A stretch of 64,000 bases of DNA from an uncultured Clostridia bacterium. GTDB taxonomy: Bacteria > Bacillota > Clostridia > Oscillospirales > Ruminococcaceae. Positions 61,149 through 64,000 of the stretch are shown one piece after another. The notes beneath the pieces were generated by a model. It was not told the DNA's origin. It saw only the letters and a program-made list of their open reading frames with translations, and did no database searches. The translations under genes were made by a program, and so were the position numbers. The DNA lies in contig CAMVDP010000005.1 of NCBI GenBank assembly GCA_947166275.1, positions 842-64,841 on the forward strand, in the 5' to 3' direction. Numbering within the stretch: the stretch's first letter is position 1; the number at the start of each line of letters is the position of its first letter.

Positions 61149-63350
61149 TCACTGTTTCTTTATCATCAGCAGCAATCTGAACCGCAGCCTGCTTTTTTTG
61201 ACGAGCTTACGAAGCGCATGACACATGCTCTCCGCCGCTTCCACTTCTTCGACAGTAACTTCTCCGTCGGAATACAGCATCGTTTCATATACCGGAATGA
61301 ACCCGAGATTACCGGTAATATCCTGTCTGTCCGAACACATGATCCTTTCGGAAAACTCTGCAAGTGTCTCACCGTCATAAATGCTGAAGCCGAGAAAGCC
61401 GAGAAGTCTGATACTCTGCTGTGTAAGATACCTGTATTTGTCGGAATTGCTCATTCGCCGGTATTTCCGCCGGGATACCGAACGTCCTGCAATATAGAAC
61501 ACAAGCAAAAAGCTGATGACCGCAAGTGATGGGATAATGAATATCAACGGGTCTACAACTGCCGCTCCATTTTCGTCAGTCCTGTTCTCACCGCTGTCCT
61601 CATCGCTTCCGTCTTCATTCTCCGCATCTTCGTCATTCTGTTTCTCTTCGTTTGTATCATTCATTTTTGAGCCCCAGCCAACAGGAACATAGTAGCCGGG
61701 TGTAGGCTCAAAGGCTACCCAGCCCACATTGTCAAAATAAGCCTCCGGCCAGGCGTGTGCGTTGCTTTGTCTGACCGTCATATTGCCGGTCACGTCTCTC
61801 CTGACGATATAGCCCTGAACATATCGACAGGGGATCCCCATTTCGTTAGCCATAAGTACAAACGCAGTGGCAAAGTGCATACAATACCCCTTCCGCGATG
61901 AAAGAAGGAAATTATCGAGAAAGCTTCTCCGATCCGTGACCGAGTCGGGCAGAGCGCCGCAATCCGTAGTATACTCAAATCCCCGGAGATACGATTCGAG
62001 CTTTTTCAGCGTTTCGTATCTTCCGCCGGAGCCGCTCTGTATATTGTCAAGAATAGTTCTGACCTCTTCCGACATGCCTGCGGATTCGCAGTAATTCTCG
62101 TAAACATCACTGCGGTATTTCTGGTAGTCGCGGTAAGAATAACCGTCCGTATCCAGAACGTTCTCGGCTTTTGCTGTCTGCTGCCAATCGGCTTCATCGA
62201 TCGGCTCCGCGTTATCGAGCAGCACCGGCAGATCCGGATTTCCGTAATTCATAACATAGCATGAAATAAGGTAATTGTCCTTATAGCTGAACCGCTGTGA
62301 AGAGACTATGCTTCCGTTGATCTCGCTTATACCGGCGGTCTTTTCTTTTGTGGCTTCAAGCCTTATCTTTGAGGGAGAAAAAATATAGCGTGTATTGTAA
62401 AACAGCGTCTCAAAGTACATATTCGTTTTCTGCAGGTATTCAGACTGGAGCGTGCCTGCATATTTTCTTACCGCACAGGAGGTCTCGATCGCATCCGTCA
62501 TTCTCGAAACGCCGCCGCTGTCAAATACCCATTCTCTCCCGCGAAAATCACCGCTTATACAACCGACGAGTCGGATATCCTTTATCGCCGTGTTTCCCAC
62601 AGTGACCGTCAGGACTTCTTCGTCATTATCACCGAGTCCCGGAAGAAAGCTTGCACTGTCGGAGAAGCCTATCTTCCCGTAGTCCTCGGAGCCGTGTGTG
62701 ATATAGCCGTAGACTCTGGTGATAAGGTCTGCCGTATCATACCAGATGTCCTTTGCGAACTTCCAGTCAAAAGCCTCGTCCGGCGCAGGTATCAGGTATA
62801 CCGCAAGACACGCGGCAAGCAGAATCGGCGCTGTTCTCGTGATATGCTCACGGATATCGGGGCAGCCGCTTTTGGTCCAGCGGCGCTGTATCTCCTCCGC
62901 AATTCGCACAAGCATAATGAAGCAGACGAGTGCGAAGGCTTCCTTGCTTATATCACGGTCGAGCACTGTCTCCGCTGTGCAGTAAACAAGCAGTGCCGCT
63001 GTAACAGCCCGCTTCACCCAGATGCTCTTATCCATAAGAATACCTGCTGCCAGCGCGGCAGCGGAAATACAGACGATACGGATCAGCCAGCAATACTCCT
63101 CAAAGAAAACCAGTCTGCTTTCTTCGCCCGCTGTGATCAGCAGACCGATAACAAATACCGAAACTATACCTATGCTGCGAAGTCTGTTTTTGCGTTTCAT
63201 GCTGCGGAGCAGTATTATCCACAGAGAGAAAGCAAGACACACCGCGTATCCGGTTATGCTTCCTTCCGGCATCCCGGTGAAGACTCCGAAAAACATGACT
63301 GCAAGCAGCGAAAGCGGCAGAATGTTTATGATGTCATACAAAGCTGTCAT
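61149..63350 (-). CDS. Membrane transglutaminase-like protein
   Basis: GYCMHFATA, HAWPEAY, WVAFEPTPG; start MTALYD coupled by ATGA. Confidence 0.9.
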   Translation of the reverse strand: MTALYDIINILPLSLLAVMFFGVFTGMPEGSITGYAVCLAFSLWIILLRSMKRKNRLRSIGIVSVFVIGLLITAGEESRLVFFEEYCWLIRIVCISAAALAAGILMDKSIWVKRAVTAALLVYCTAETVLDRDISKEAFALVCFIMLVRIAEEIQRRWTKSGCPDIREHITRTAPILLAACLAVYLIPAPDEAFDWKFAKDIWYDTADLITRVYGYITHGSEDYGKIGFSDSASFLPGLGDNDEEVLTVTVGNTAIKDIRLVGCISGDFRGREWVFDSGGVSRMTDAIETSCAVRKYAGTLQSEYLQKTNMYFETLFYNTRYIFSPSKIRLEATKEKTAGISEINGSIVSSQRFSYKDNYLISCYVMNYGNPDLPVLLDNAEPIDEADWQQTAKAENVLDTDGYSYRDYQKYRSDVYENYCESAGMSEEVRTILDNIQSGSGGRYETLKKLESYLRGFEYTTDCGALPDSVTDRRSFLDNFLLSSRKGYCMHFATAFVLMANEMGIPCRYVQGYIVRRDVTGNMTVRQSNAHAWPEAYFDNVGWVAFEPTPGYYVPVGWGSKMNDTNEEKQNDEDAENEDGSDEDSGENRTDENGAAVVDPLIFIIPSLAVISFLLVFYIAGRSVSRRKYRRMSNSDKYRYLTQQSIRLLGFLGFSIYDGETLAEFSERIMCSDRQDITGNLGFIPVYETMLYSDGEVTVEEVEAAESMCHALRKLVKKSRLRFRLLLMIKKQ

Positions 63351-64000
63351 TTTCCCGCCTCCTTCGCAAGCTCCGCGTAAGGCGAAATACAGATCACATC
63401 GCAATTCTTGTGGTCGGAAAGATCGGGTCTGTCGTTTTCGTTATCGCCGATAAAGCAGATAACTACACGCATGTTGCCCCGTTCAAGCTCTTTGAGCAAG
63501 GCATCGGTCGCAGCATCCCAAGATGAGAGGACAAGAAACACCATCGAGCTTTCGAATATGTCTATTCTGCGCATCGCGGCTTCATGCAGAAGACTGTGCG
63601 TGTTCTGACTGCTGAACATGATCTCCGAGACGCTGTCATAGAACTCCTCGAAGCGCCATGTATTCTCCACCGTCAGGCGCACTATGTCCTGCTGGAGATG
63701 GTATTCCGCGGCGCAGATATTGTTCCTGCTGAAATAGTAGGATAGCGCAAGTGTTACTTCGAGTATCTTGTTCTCAAGAGGCAGGAATTCCGACTGCTCA
63801 CTGCCGCTCCTGAATGTATCGGTGATTATAGCTATTTCCTGATGATCGGAGCCTGTCTGCATTCTCGTCATCAGCGCTCCCGTTCGAGCGGACTGGCTCC
63901 AGTTTATGAACCTGCGGTCGTCACCGGGAACGTATTCGCGGCTTATGATATCAAGATCAGACTTGTTGAGCGAAGACTCCCGCACCGCATCGGAAAGCTC
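63347..64000 (-). CDS. DUF58 protein (5' end outside window)
   Basis: REYVPGDDRRFINWSQSAR. Confidence 0.88.
   Translation of the reverse strand, partial: ELSDAVRESSLNKSDLDIISREYVPGDDRRFINWSQSARTGALMTRMQTGSDHQEIAIITDTFRSGSEQSEFLPLENKILEVTLALSYYFSRNNICAAEYHLQQDIVRLTVENTWRFEEFYDSVSEIMFSSQNTHSLLHEAAMRRIDIFESSMVFLVLSSWDAATDALLKELERGNMRVVICFIGDNENDRPDLSDHKNCDVICISPYAELAKEAGK

Overview
Chromosomal window from a Clostridia-type Firmicute, probably Ruminococcaceae/Oscillospiraceae (inferred from gene content, AGGAGG RBSs and TTGACA-N17-TATAAT promoters). The left 24 kb is accessory and mostly minus-strand. It holds a MoaD/ThiS-MoeB fusion cut by the window edge and an ECF sigma factor with a five-Ig-domain anti-sigma. 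It also holds a ~13 kb operon: non-canonical HSP90, two TPR-like paralogs, a ubiquitin-like candidate, a giant DUF4132-type gene with a 1-nt frameshift, and three small ORFs. Two M50-like pseudo-proteases follow, then a small xis/int element at tRNA-Pro(GGG) whose divergent control region is bracketed by a 14-bp inverted repeat. The right 40 kb is mostly housekeeping: sugar ABC transporter, dtd, MCP, murA, cyclophilins, cysS, ruvX, malic enzyme, uvrC-rsmD-coaD, smpB and sbcCD. It also carries a 1435-aa RecB-type nuclease/SF1 helicase divergent from sbcDC and a DUF58-transglutaminase pair. The best candidate for an undescribed system is the HSP90/TPR/Ubl-like/DUF4132 operon. All family calls come from motif recognition by eye; no searches were run.
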